Origin: Acidobacteriota bacterium
GTDB taxonomy: Bacteria; Acidobacteriota; Thermoanaerobaculia; Multivoradales; JBCCEF01
Assembly: GCA_039028635.1 (NCBI GenBank)
Contig: JBCCHV010000019.1
Span: forward strand, 28,343 to 92,342
Direction of reading: 5' to 3'
Length of the DNA: 64,000 nucleotides
A program made the translations under genes and the position numbers. Positions within the stretch are counted from its first letter, which is position 1. Each line of letters begins with the position of its first letter. This document shows positions 29,169-38,925 of this stretch, in pieces. The notes below the pieces were generated by a model. That model ran no database searches and was not told where the DNA came from. It was given only the letters and a program-made list of their open reading frames with translations.

Positions 29169-30770
29169 TCAGGCGAGGTCCGGACCTGCGGTGAGGAACG
29201 GCCGAAACCGCTCCTCCAAGAACAGACGACGGGCGACGTCGCGGGCCTGGCCGAAGGACGGCGCCGGAGCCCCCAGCTCGCCTTCGATGCGGCGCAGCTC
29301 GTCGTCGAACAGGCGCGACACCAGGTCCGCGGTGACCTCGGACCCGTCGTCGAGGACGACCCGATGACGCAGCTGCTGCCAGACCTGAGCGCGCGAGATC
29401 TCGAGGGTCGCGAGGTCTTCCATCAGCCCATCCCAGGCGACACAGCCGACGTCCCGTAGCCAGCCTTCGAGGTAGGCGATGCCGACCCGCAGATTGGTGC
29501 GCAGGCCGGTGACGGTGCGCGGGCCACCGCCGCGCGGCAGCAGATCCGGCGGAGCCGACAGCTCCGGCATCACGTCGAGCTGGTGGCGGCGCGGGAAAGC
29601 GGTCAGGGCGGGGGCGATGAAGTACGGATGGGAGACCCAGCAGCCGTCGTGGCCCTGGGCCGCTTCGGCCCCCTTGTCGGCCATCACCTTGGCGGTCTGG
29701 CGCTCGCGCTCCTCGGCCGTGCGTCCGGGCGTGAAGGCCGCCATGCCACCCATCGCGAAGGCACCGTGGCGGTGGCAAACGTGCACCAGGTAGTCGGCAT
29801 AGGCCTTCATCCAGGGGCTTTCCATGGTGACCGCGGCGCGATCCGCCAGCACCCGGTCGGGATGCTCCTTCAAGACCTTGATATCGCTGAAGATCTTGTC
29901 CCAGCGGCCGACGTTGAGGCCGGCGGCGCGGTCCCGCAGCTGCCACAGGATCTCCTCGACCTGGAAGGCCGCCGGCAGGGTCTCGATGAGGAAGGTCACC
30001 CGCAGGCAGCCCGCCGCCAGCCCGAGGGACTCCTCGAGGAGGCCGAAGAGGCGATGCCACCAGGCGGCCTCGCGATGATGCTCGACCTTCGGCACGTAGT
30101 ACTTCGGCGTCCGCCCCTGCTCGAGCAGCTCGCGGGCGGTCCAGAAAACCGCCAGGGCGAGGTCGAAGAGGCCGGCGCAAACCGCCTCGCCGTCGACCGC
30201 GACATGGTCTTCGTCGAGATGCAGGCCGCGGCAGCGCACCATGATCAAGGGACGGTCCGCAGGCTCCAGACGATAGACCTTGGCCGGCCGCTCCGCCGTC
30301 GCCGGCCGCTCATGACTCAAGGTGCCCGCGACCGCCCGGTCGAGGTTCTGGACTCCCTGGACGACGTTTGCCCAGCACGGCTTCATGGAGTCCTCGAAAT
30401 CGAGCATGGCGGCGTCGGCGCGAGCGCCATCGGCCTGCCGGCTGAGCATGTTGATCACCATCTTGGGATCGTGGATCGGACCGGTGATCTCGACCCGCCG
30501 CTGCAGCAGGTCGTCCGGCAGCGGAGCGATCTGCCACTCGCCGCGGGCCGCCGGCAAATCGTCGACAAAGCCGGGCAGAGCGCCGCCGTCCCAGCGCTGC
30601 TGGCGCCGTCGTCGGGCCGCCAGCAGCTCCCGGCGCTCGCCCTCGAGGGCACGGTGCAGGCGGACCAGAAGCTCTTGGACGGGCTGCGGCAAGATCTCCT
30701 CAGCTGCCGCAGTGCGACTTCCAGCGGCCCAGCCGAAGGAAGAGACCTCTCGGATCGATTCAACGGGCAT
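29169..30770 (-). CDS. aceB: Malate synthase A
   Basis: Malate synthase A family (…RRVEITGP…DFEDS…); start at MPVESIRE with GAGGAGG RBS 5 nt upstream (the ORF-track 64-codon extension is rejected). Confidence 0.9.
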   Translation of the reverse strand: MPVESIREVSSFGWAAGSRTAAAEEILPQPVQELLVRLHRALEGERRELLAARRRRQQRWDGGALPGFVDDLPAARGEWQIAPLPDDLLQRRVEITGPIHDPKMVINMLSRQADGARADAAMLDFEDSMKPCWANVVQGVQNLDRAVAGTLSHERPATAERPAKVYRLEPADRPLIMVRCRGLHLDEDHVAVDGEAVCAGLFDLALAVFWTARELLEQGRTPKYYVPKVEHHREAAWWHRLFGLLEESLGLAAGCLRVTFLIETLPAAFQVEEILWQLRDRAAGLNVGRWDKIFSDIKVLKEHPDRVLADRAAVTMESPWMKAYADYLVHVCHRHGAFAMGGMAAFTPGRTAEERERQTAKVMADKGAEAAQGHDGCWVSHPYFIAPALTAFPRRHQLDVMPELSAPPDLLPRGGGPRTVTGLRTNLRVGIAYLEGWLRDVGCVAWDGLMEDLATLEISRAQVWQQLRHRVVLDDGSEVTADLVSRLFDDELRRIEGELGAPAPSFGQARDVARRLFLEERFRPFLTAGPDLA

Positions 30771-30798
30771 TTCATCCTCCTCGCATGACGATGAAAAC

Positions 30799-30827
30799 AT
30801 CGTAGCGGCAACGCCGCAACGCGTCAA
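30799..30827 (-). promoter_or_regulatory. Candidate sigma70-type promoter of aceBA (TTGACG - 17 nt - TACGAT)
   Basis: On the minus strand: -35 TTGACG (30822-30827), 17-nt spacer, -10 TACGAT (30799-30804), about 25-30 nt upstream of the aceB ATG at 30770. Confidence 0.45.
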
Positions 30828-31022
30828 GAGAGGGCAAAATGCCGCAATAAGACGTGAGACCTCGGACGCTCCGAAGGGCGATACGGCTACGAGGTCGACA
30901 CCACTGCCCTCGCCGAAGAGCCGGATCCACGCGCAACAGCGCCAAGAGCCCAAGAAAGCCACCCTCGAGGGGCTCCTCGGCGGGGAGTGAGCCGGACGCT
31001 GCGACCGCCTGCGCTGCTGGAC

Positions 31023-32789
31023 CTATTCCACCGCGGCCGACCAAGCCGTGGTGTTGCCGGTTTCGAAGCCATCGTCGAAGATCTCGCGGTTGCCCACGGC
31101 ACCGATGAACTCGTCGAATCCCAAGTCGAAGGTCCCGATGCCATTGATGTTGCCGGCGCTGTCGTAGCCTCGCTGCTGCAGGTCGATGTCGGTCCAGGTA
31201 GGTAAGAAGTTCTCGTTGCAGAAATCGATCGCGGGAGAGGTCGAGTCGAGGTGCAGGTTGCCGCCGTCGGGGTCCACGAAGCGCGGATCCGCGCCGACCA
31301 CCGAAACCCCCGCCACCATGTTAGTGGCGTCGTCCATCAACAGGCACCACCCGGTGTTGCCGGGACCTTCAGAACCCCGGGTGTCCTCCAGAATGCTGGC
31401 TTGGATGTCGATTGTCGCGCCGCTCGACGAGCTCGCCGCAAAGCTCCAGGCGAGCGTTTGACCGCCGCCGTTGACCAACCAGGCGTTGCGCGCCAGCGAA
31501 AGGAAACCGGCCTCGACCTGCGCTCCGTTGGCCGCCTCGAGAACCGCCGAACCACGGTTGTTCCAAAATGCCATGCCTTCGAGCAGAATGCGAGAGGAAG
31601 GTCCATTCGCGCGCATCACCGGTCCGGGAGAACCGCTGCCATAGTTTTCATTCACAAAACCTCGCGACAATTCAGCCCGGCCCCCGGAGTCGACATAGAG
31701 CGCGCTGCCGTTCAGGGCATCGCAGCGATTGCCGACCAACGTGTTGCAAAAGGGCGCCTCAGGACATGCCACGGAACTCGATCGATTGAGCCTGAGAGCG
31801 GCCCCGTCCACCACCGCCACACCGCCACCACCGAACAGAGCCTCGTTGTCATGGATCTCGAGATTCGAGGCTTGCGCCGTCGTTCCGGCTCCCTGGAGGT
31901 AGATACCGCCGCCAAAGTCGGCGAGGTTTTCTTGAATCCTGGTCGCCGCCACTGCATCACCTCCAGCGAATAGGTCAGCCCCTGTCGCCAAAAAGATTCC
32001 ACCGCCATTGTCGCTGGCCCGGTTTTGCGCCACCAGCGCTCCGGGACCTAATGCGATAGTGCACCCCTCGCTGGCCGAGATCCCCCCTCCGTTGACCGCC
32101 CGATTGCGCAGTACCCGACCGTTGATCTGGATGTGAACCCCATGACCGGTTCCTGCCCTGGAAAGAATGCCACAGGAGATACCGCCGCCCGACTGGTCCG
32201 CATTGTCCGGGCCCACGTTCTCATCGATCAATGATCTGAAATCGACCGAGATCGTCGCCCCAAAGGTCGCGCGCATCGCCGGCGCCCCGTGAAAGATCTC
32301 GACGTTCTCCAGATCGACGCGAGCACCGGAAATGTCCACGGCGATACGGGTCGAATCGTCGCTGGGGTTTTCTCCGACAATGAACAGATCGCGCAGAATC
32401 ACCCGACGCTGCTGGACACCGTTGCTCAGGATCGCAAAGGGCCCCCAGAAATTTCCATTGCGACTGCCTATGACCAGAGTCCGGTGTTGACGTGCATCTC
32501 CTCCACAGCTCAACCAGCCTCCACTGATGACCAAGAGATCATCGCTTTGAGCGTCGTTGATCAACACATCTTCCGGGAAGAGCTCGTTCGCCGTCAGACG
32601 GATCTCATGAGCTCCGGCCACGGAATTCGCCAGATTCACGGCGTTCTGGATCGAAGTGGCATCGCAGTCCGGGCCCATACCAACGCGATAGATTGCAGCT
32701 TCGATCGGACCACAGGCCAGCCCGGTCAAGAAGAAACCCAACAGAGCACCGACCCTCCGGAAGACGGTGCAGGATCTTGAGGTGAGCAT
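31023..32789 (-). CDS. Secreted right-handed parallel beta-helix (pectate-lyase-fold) protein, paralog 1
   Basis: 588 aa; signal peptide; many Gly/Asn-rich beta-helix rungs (NGGGISASEGC, DNGGGIFLATG, DFGGGIYLQGAG); conserved C-terminal module ...IFDDGFETGNTTAWSAAVE. Confidence 0.75.
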   Translation of the reverse strand: MLTSRSCTVFRRVGALLGFFLTGLACGPIEAAIYRVGMGPDCDATSIQNAVNLANSVAGAHEIRLTANELFPEDVLINDAQSDDLLVISGGWLSCGGDARQHRTLVIGSRNGNFWGPFAILSNGVQQRRVILRDLFIVGENPSDDSTRIAVDISGARVDLENVEIFHGAPAMRATFGATISVDFRSLIDENVGPDNADQSGGGISCGILSRAGTGHGVHIQINGRVLRNRAVNGGGISASEGCTIALGPGALVAQNRASDNGGGIFLATGADLFAGGDAVAATRIQENLADFGGGIYLQGAGTTAQASNLEIHDNEALFGGGGVAVVDGAALRLNRSSSVACPEAPFCNTLVGNRCDALNGSALYVDSGGRAELSRGFVNENYGSGSPGPVMRANGPSSRILLEGMAFWNNRGSAVLEAANGAQVEAGFLSLARNAWLVNGGGQTLAWSFAASSSSGATIDIQASILEDTRGSEGPGNTGWCLLMDDATNMVAGVSVVGADPRFVDPDGGNLHLDSTSPAIDFCNENFLPTWTDIDLQQRGYDSAGNINGIGTFDLGFDEFIGAVGNREIFDDGFETGNTTAWSAAVE

Positions 32790-32906
32790 CGATTCAGCCT
32801 CCTAGAGAGATTGGACATCGGCCGAAGGGCCGGTGGCCCTTTTCGGGGACCGTCGCCCTCGCCCTCCGGCCGTTACCTCGGTTCGTCTACCGGACCCGAG
32901 GCGCTA

Positions 32907-34673
32907 CTACTCCACCGCCGCTGACCAAGCCGAGGAATCGCCGGATTCGAAGCCGTCTTCGAAGATCTCGCGGTTGCCCACGGCACCGACGAACTCGTCG
33001 AATCCCAAGTCGAAGGTCCCGATGCCGTTGATGTTGCCGGCGCTGTCGTAGCCTCGCTGCTGCAGGTCGATGTCGGTCCAGGCGGGAAAGAAGTTCTCAT
33101 TGCAGAAATCGATCGCCGGCGAGGTCGAGTCGAGGTGCAGGTTGCCGTCGTCGGGGTCCACGAAGCGCGGATCCGCCCCGACCACCGAAACCCCCGCCAC
33201 CATATTGGTGGCGTCGTCCATCAGCAGGCACCACCCGGTGTTGCCGGGACCGGCAGAACCCCGGGTGTCCTCCAGAATGCTGGCTTGGATGTCGATTGTC
33301 GCGCCGCTCGACGAGCTCGCCGCAAAGCTCCAGGCGAGCGTTTGACCGCCGCCGTTGACCAACCAGGCGTTGCGCGCCAGCGAGAGGAAACCGGCCTCGA
33401 CAGTCGCCTCGTGGACCGCCTCCAGCACCGCCGAGCCACGGTTGTTCCAAAACGCCACCCCTTCGAGCCGCAGGTGCGAGAAGGCTCCCTCGACCCGAAT
33501 CACCGGCCCCGGTGAAGGAGAACCCACGTTTTGGTTGACGAAGGCGCGCGAAATCTCGGCACGCCCCCCGGGGGCGACGTACAGGGCACTGCCATTGAGC
33601 GCATTGCAGCGATTGCCGACCAAGGTGTTGCAGTACGGCGCGTCGGGGCAGCTCACCGCACTCGACCGGTTGAGCCTCAACAGGGCATTCTGATTCACCA
33701 GCACCCCGCCACCGCCGAAGAGGGCCTCGTTGCCGTGGATCTCGAGGTTCGAGGCTTGCGCCGTCGTTCCCGAGCTTCGCAGGTAGAGCCCGCCGCCATA
33801 ATCCGCCAGGTTGGAGTGGATCCTGACCGTCGAAACAGAGTCGCCGCCGGCAAAGAGATCGGCACCGGTCTCCAGATAGAGGCCACCGCCACTTCCGCTA
33901 GCTTCGTTGGAATGGACGAAGGCTCCCGGCTCCAGAACGACCGTACAGCCGTGGCGGGCCAAGATGCCCGCTCCATTCACCGCTCGATTGAGCTGCACCC
34001 GACCGCGAATTCGCACCACGGTGTTCTCACCGCTGTTCGCGTCGGAACGGGAGCCACAGGAGATCCCCCCTCCGAGGAATTGATCATTGTCCGGCGAAAA
34101 ATTCTCCGAGATGGTCGAGGCGGAGTCAACGAAGACGTTGGCCCCGAAGAGCGCCTGAAGTCCCGGTGATCCATGGTAAATAATCGACGACTCGAGCTCG
34201 ACCCTGCCCCCCCGGACATCCACCGCGACCCGGGTCAGCTCCTCACCGGGAGTCAGGGTGAGCCATTCGCCCACGATGAACAGGTTGCGCAGAATCACTC
34301 TGCGCTGCGGCGCACCGAGATCGGATCTGGCGATTTGCAACGGCCCCCAGGTGTTGCCGTTGGGCAACCCCGCGATCCCCGTATCCCCGGACGCCGTCGA
34401 GCTGGTGCAACGGTTCCAGCCACCGCTCAAGACCAACCGAGCCGCGTTGATGTCGTTGTCGATTCGGACATCCTCGCGAGCGAGCTCGTTCTCCGTCAGG
34501 CGAATTTCGTGCTCGCCCGGAGCATTCGCCCATTCGACCGCCTGCTGGACCGAGGACGTATCGCAACCGGCACCGGTGCCGACGCGAAAAATGGCGCCCT
34601 CGGCGGAACCGCCAAATCCCAGGGCACCCGCCGCCAGCAAGAATCCGCAGGCACTTTTCAAGCATCCAGACAT
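32907..34673 (-). CDS. Secreted right-handed parallel beta-helix protein, paralog 2
   Basis: 588 aa; same architecture as paralog 1. The C-terminal ~190 aa are nearly identical and the N-terminal part is about 60% identical. Confidence 0.75.
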   Translation of the reverse strand: MSGCLKSACGFLLAAGALGFGGSAEGAIFRVGTGAGCDTSSVQQAVEWANAPGEHEIRLTENELAREDVRIDNDINAARLVLSGGWNRCTSSTASGDTGIAGLPNGNTWGPLQIARSDLGAPQRRVILRNLFIVGEWLTLTPGEELTRVAVDVRGGRVELESSIIYHGSPGLQALFGANVFVDSASTISENFSPDNDQFLGGGISCGSRSDANSGENTVVRIRGRVQLNRAVNGAGILARHGCTVVLEPGAFVHSNEASGSGGGLYLETGADLFAGGDSVSTVRIHSNLADYGGGLYLRSSGTTAQASNLEIHGNEALFGGGGVLVNQNALLRLNRSSAVSCPDAPYCNTLVGNRCNALNGSALYVAPGGRAEISRAFVNQNVGSPSPGPVIRVEGAFSHLRLEGVAFWNNRGSAVLEAVHEATVEAGFLSLARNAWLVNGGGQTLAWSFAASSSSGATIDIQASILEDTRGSAGPGNTGWCLLMDDATNMVAGVSVVGADPRFVDPDDGNLHLDSTSPAIDFCNENFFPAWTDIDLQQRGYDSAGNINGIGTFDLGFDEFVGAVGNREIFEDGFESGDSSAWSAAVE

Positions 34674-34865
34674 AGCATTCTCCCAGGCGAGATAGGGTTG
34701 ACTGCACGGCCCTCGAGGGGCTCCAACGCTCTTTCCTGGACCGTCGCTCGTACTCGGCGGGTGTTACGCCTATACTCTCGAGAACTCCTCCAAGCCCCGA
34801 TGACACACTTCGCTCCATCCCCCCGAGAGACTTCGAAAGGGACCTCGGAGAGCCGCCAGCAAGTG

Positions 34866-37800
34866 ATGCCAGGCCAGGTCCGATGGCTCCGGGCACTGCT
34901 GGGGGCCGCGCTGTTGGCAGCGGGCCCTCTGGTGGCGCAAGCCCCCTTGCCCGCGGCGGGCGGTGTCCTCGACCTCGACCTCGATGCCGGCGAGGAACGG
35001 GCCTTCTCGGTCCCGTTATCGGCCGGAGAGCTCCTCCATGTCGTGGTCGAGCAGAGGACCGCAAACGTCGAGCTGGAGCTGTTCGAGGCTGCCACTTCGG
35101 TGAGACGCACCGACCTCCGACCCTGGGCCTGGGGCGAGGAGTTCCTGTTCGCCCTGCCGACGGAGGAGACGCTCTATCGGCTGGTGGTTCGATCGCTGAG
35201 CAGCCGCGCTGGCAGCGCTCGCCTGCGCGTCGCAAGTCGTCGCCTCGCCAGCAGCCGAGACCGGCTACGCTTCGAAGCCGAGTCCGCCTACGCTTCCACC
35301 CGCTTCACCCGCGCCCAACGGGGCCTGGGGCTGGTGACCGACCAATGGGTCCAGCGGGCCGAACGAGCCGCCCGGATGTTCGAGGCTCTCGATCTCCCGG
35401 AGCGGCAGGCCTTCGCCCTCAAGCGGGTGGGCGACCTCCAAATTCAGCTCGGACGCCCACTCGACGCCCTGGCTCCGCTCGAAGAGGCCATCGCCATCGC
35501 CCAACGCGACGGCTACCCCTGGGCCGAGTGCCGAGCGCGGCTCACCTGGGCGGAGGCGGTCTACGCCCGCAGCGTCGATGAAGCGCTGGCCGAGGAGGAG
35601 CGCATTCTCTCCCTGACCGCCGCCGGAAACCTCCTTCCCTGCCAGCTATCGGTGATCCGTCTCCTGATCTACGACCTCAATCAGAAGGGCGACCACCGGC
35701 GATCGATCGAGCTCTTCGAACAGGCCTTGCCGATTGCCGACCAGCTCGATGCTCCCTGGTACCACAGCGCCTTGCACATGAATGTGGGCAGCGCCTATCT
35801 CGCCCGCGGCCAACTCGTCGAGGCGATCGAGGTCTTCTCCATCGCCCACCAGGGCTATCGAGATCTCGGCGACCATCGCAGCGCCATCGCCGCTCTCGAC
35901 AACCAGTTGACCGCCCGCCGGGCTCTCGGCGACGAGGAAGGCTTGCTCGCAGCCCACCGGAAGATCGTTGCCTTCGTTGCGAATCACGGCGAGATTCAGG
36001 ACGTTCTCGGCGCCCAGGTCAACTACGGTGAGACCCTCCTCGACCTCGACCGGCCAGCCGCCGCCGAAGAGGTCTTCCGACGCGCCTCCAGGCGCGCGGA
36101 GGGCGCTCCCGTGGAGGCCCAGGCGCCGGTCTGGAGAGGACTCGGTCAGGCGCTCTTGGAGAGCGGAGCCCTGAGCGCTGCCAAACCCTTCCTGGATCGC
36201 GCACGCCGAGCTCACCAGGCGTCCGGCAACGTGCCTCGTACCATTCGCGACCAAGAGCTCCTGGGACGCTGGCAGGAGGCATCGGGCCAGCTGCAAGCTG
36301 CCACCAGCTCCTACCGAGCCGCCGCCGGCCGGGCGGCGCAGCTTCATCTGCCCCCTCTCGAGCTGAGCTCGCGAGTGCGGGCGGCGGAGCTCCTCTGGCG
36401 GCTCCAGGACCCACGGGCCCAGGCCGAGCTCAAGCGCGCCATCGACCTGGTCGAAGACGTTCGCAAGCGCCTCTTCACGGATCGCTTCCGATCCTCCTCA
36501 GCCAAGCTCCTCCGCCGGGTCTACGATCTCGCCCTCGAAATGGAGCTGTCGCCACGCGAATCATCGGCGACCGGAGGCCAACCTTCCGCTGGTCAGATCG
36601 AGCGCGCCTTCTTGCTCGCGGAACGCTCCCGCGCGCGCTCTCTGAGGGAATTTCTGGAGGCCTCCCGAAAAGCCGTCACGGCGACCATCGATCCACGGCT
36701 CGTCGAACGCGAAAGCCGCCTCCTCGAGCGCGCCGAAGGCCTTGCCCAGGAGCGCTTCGAGCTCCTTCAGGAGCCGCTCGATCCGAACCCCGAAAGGCTC
36801 TCTGAGCTCGATGCCGAGATCGCGGAAACGGAGCTCGGTCTCGAAATCCTCGCCGCCGAACGGTTTCGACGCGACCCCCGGCGGGCGTCCCTCCTCGATG
36901 CTCGGCCGCTCGACCTCACCGAGGCCCAAGAGAGCCTCGGTGAGCGCACCCTGGTTTCCTATCACCTGCTCGAGAACCGGCTGCTGGTCTTCCTGCTGAG
37001 CAGAGAGGGCCTGGCGATGGAGACGCTGCCGGCGGGCGAAGACCTCCCCGCCACGGCCATCACCCTTCGTGAAGCCCTGAGTCAACCTTCACGCTTCACG
37101 GCACGCTTCCGCGACGCATCCCTGCACTTGGGTCGTGCCCTCTTGACGCCTCTCGCCGGCCATCTCGACGGCAAACGGCTGATCATCAGTCCCGATGGTT
37201 GGCTGCACCACGTACCCTTCGAGACCCTCCTGCTCGAGGCACCACAGGCCGAGGACTCATGGGCCGACCTCAAATTCGCCGTCAAGGCCTACGAGATCAG
37301 CTATGCGCCTTCGGCCGGGGTCATGGCCAGCCTTGGGCAAAACTCGAGCGGCGAGCAGAAAAGCACCCTGGTCGCCCTCGGCGACGCCCTGGCGAACGGT
37401 GCGGAGCCGGTAACCGACGGGCCCGGAAACGCCAGCGGCAGGGGCCTCTTCGGCTCTTTGCCCCACGCTCGGGAGGAGGTCGAGAACCTCATCGGACTCC
37501 TTTCGCCCGAGAGCGTGGACCCCGCGCCTGTTGAGATTCAAGGCCATCTCTTCGTCGGCCACCGAGCCACCGAAACGGTGGCCCGCTCGGACCTCGCGAA
37601 GGCGGCTCGTTTCCTTCACTTCGCCACCCATGCCTTCGTCGATTCCGACATCACCAGTCAATCGGCGCTGGTCCTGACGCCGGATCACGCCCACGACGGC
37701 CTCCTGCAACTCGGCGAGATTCTCCGTCTCCGGTTCAACGCCGACTTGGTCACCCTCTCCGCCTGCCAGAGTGCCGTCGGCCGGCAGCAGAGCGGTGAGG

Positions 37801-38039
37801 GGATCATGAGCTTGGCGCGAGGCTTCCTTTTCGCCGGAGCCTCGTCCCTGGTGGCAAGCCTTTGGGAGGTCTCGGACCGTGCCACCGGCGACCTGATGGG
37901 CAGTCTCTATCGGGGAGTCTTGGCAGAGAAAACGACAGCAGAGTCCTTGCGCGAGGCCAAGCTCGAGCTGCTGCAGAAGCCGGCATCGGCGCATCCCTAC
38001 TACTGGGCTCCGTTCATCCTGATCGGCGACCCGAACTGA
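34866..38039 (+). CDS. Periplasmic TPR-repeat CHAT-domain protease (caspase-like)
   Basis: Signal peptide MPGQVRWLRALLGAALLAAGPLVAQA; long TPR-like helical region; C-terminal CHAT domain with catalytic His (FLHFATHAF) and Cys (VTLSACQSA). The upstream in-frame part of the ORF-track ORF overlaps the divergent gene and is rejected. Confidence 0.8.
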   Translation: MPGQVRWLRALLGAALLAAGPLVAQAPLPAAGGVLDLDLDAGEERAFSVPLSAGELLHVVVEQRTANVELELFEAATSVRRTDLRPWAWGEEFLFALPTEETLYRLVVRSLSSRAGSARLRVASRRLASSRDRLRFEAESAYASTRFTRAQRGLGLVTDQWVQRAERAARMFEALDLPERQAFALKRVGDLQIQLGRPLDALAPLEEAIAIAQRDGYPWAECRARLTWAEAVYARSVDEALAEEERILSLTAAGNLLPCQLSVIRLLIYDLNQKGDHRRSIELFEQALPIADQLDAPWYHSALHMNVGSAYLARGQLVEAIEVFSIAHQGYRDLGDHRSAIAALDNQLTARRALGDEEGLLAAHRKIVAFVANHGEIQDVLGAQVNYGETLLDLDRPAAAEEVFRRASRRAEGAPVEAQAPVWRGLGQALLESGALSAAKPFLDRARRAHQASGNVPRTIRDQELLGRWQEASGQLQAATSSYRAAAGRAAQLHLPPLELSSRVRAAELLWRLQDPRAQAELKRAIDLVEDVRKRLFTDRFRSSSAKLLRRVYDLALEMELSPRESSATGGQPSAGQIERAFLLAERSRARSLREFLEASRKAVTATIDPRLVERESRLLERAEGLAQERFELLQEPLDPNPERLSELDAEIAETELGLEILAAERFRRDPRRASLLDARPLDLTEAQESLGERTLVSYHLLENRLLVFLLSREGLAMETLPAGEDLPATAITLREALSQPSRFTARFRDASLHLGRALLTPLAGHLDGKRLIISPDGWLHHVPFETLLLEAPQAEDSWADLKFAVKAYEISYAPSAGVMASLGQNSSGEQKSTLVALGDALANGAEPVTDGPGNASGRGLFGSLPHAREEVENLIGLLSPESVDPAPVEIQGHLFVGHRATETVARSDLAKAARFLHFATHAFVDSDITSQSALVLTPDHAHDGLLQLGEILRLRFNADLVTLSACQSAVGRQQSGEGIMSLARGFLFAGASSLVASLWEVSDRATGDLMGSLYRGVLAEKTTAESLREAKLELLQKPASAHPYYWAPFILIGDPN

Positions 38040-38220
38040 CCTGGCCGTCTCTCCAACTTGCAGCGACGAGAATGTATGTCCCTGAATCTGCGGCGTGATC
38101 CCACCCTCCTGCTCCTCGCACTCCGGCGACGACGACGCCGGCACGCCGGGGGCGACCGCCATGCAGCTTCAGAACCGAGACCCTCTCGCCGAGAAACCTG
38201 GTGAGAAATCCGGGCTAGCC

Positions 38221-38805
38221 ATGGCCATCGAGGGAATCGAAGCGACGGACCAAGACCGCCTCACCATCGAGGGCTTCCTCGCCGGCGACCGTGAGGCCGT
38301 ACAACAGGTGCGCAGCTGGATTCGACTCGCTGCGGGGCGATACCGTCGTTTCCTGGCAAACGACCTCGAGGATCTCGAGCAAGAGACCTTGACCACCCTG
38401 CTGGTCAAGCTGTCGAGCCAGCACTTTCGCTTTGCGAGTCGACTGGAAACCTATGTCAGTCGCATCACGCACTACAAGTGCATTGATCGCCTGCGGGCGC
38501 GCTCCCGACGGACGTGGGTCGATCTCGAAGAGCTGGGTCTGATCGCTGCGGAGCGATCGGCCTTCGAAGCCATCAAATCCCAACAGGACCGCGAAATGGC
38601 GATTCGGGTCGTCACCAGCATGACGCGAAGCTGCCAGGAGCTCTGGTCCATGATTCGCCAGGGACTGAGCTATCTCGAGATGGCGCGCCGCACCGGCGTG
38701 GCGCCAGGAACCCTGAGGGTCCGGGTCCTCCGTTGCCGGCAGAAAGCTATCGCCGAGCGTGAACGGCTGATGGCATCTGAAAACCCGCGGGGAGGTAACG
38801 AATGA
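38221..38805 (+). CDS. ECF-family RNA polymerase sigma factor
   Basis: sigma70 region 2 (FLAGDREAVQQVRSWIRLAAGRYRRF...ETLTTLLVKL) and region 4 HTH (LSYLEMARRTGVAPGTLRVRVLRCRQKA). Start could also be the ATG at 38161. Confidence 0.75.
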   Translation: MAIEGIEATDQDRLTIEGFLAGDREAVQQVRSWIRLAAGRYRRFLANDLEDLEQETLTTLLVKLSSQHFRFASRLETYVSRITHYKCIDRLRARSRRTWVDLEELGLIAAERSAFEAIKSQQDREMAIRVVTSMTRSCQELWSMIRQGLSYLEMARRTGVAPGTLRVRVLRCRQKAIAERERLMASENPRGGNE

Positions 38806-38925
38806 AGATCCTTAGCGACCGTCCCTTCGGAGGTGAGGGCGCCCTTCCACTGCGCCGAAGTCCCTTGGAGTCGGGACGCCGCCAACCGTCTGCTGACCGG
38901 TCTGACTCGGAAGGCAAATAGCCCC

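Larger units (their letters stand above)
31023..34673. repeat. Tandem direct duplication of a ~1.77-kb gene (two copies separated by 117 bp)
   Basis: Long near-identical nucleotide runs (for example 31350-31500 versus 33234-33384 are essentially identical). The 3' ~570 nt are about 95-100% identical and the 5' regions are clearly more diverged. Confidence 0.8.

Noticed and set aside
32824-32845. Hairpin GGGCC-GGT-GGCCC followed by TTTTC between the two beta-helix paralogs, read as a terminator
   Set aside because: The T-tract is on the plus strand, where no gene ends. On the minus strand (the strand of both paralogs) the hairpin is followed by TTCGGC, so it is at best a weak terminator for paralog 2. 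I left it unannotated.
34674-34865. Promoter calls in the beta-helix/CHAT divergent intergenic (TTGACT at about 34700, TATACT at about 34779)
   Set aside because: The hexamers are individually good but not at 16-19 nt spacing from a partner element. They are mentioned only as context in the CHAT finding.
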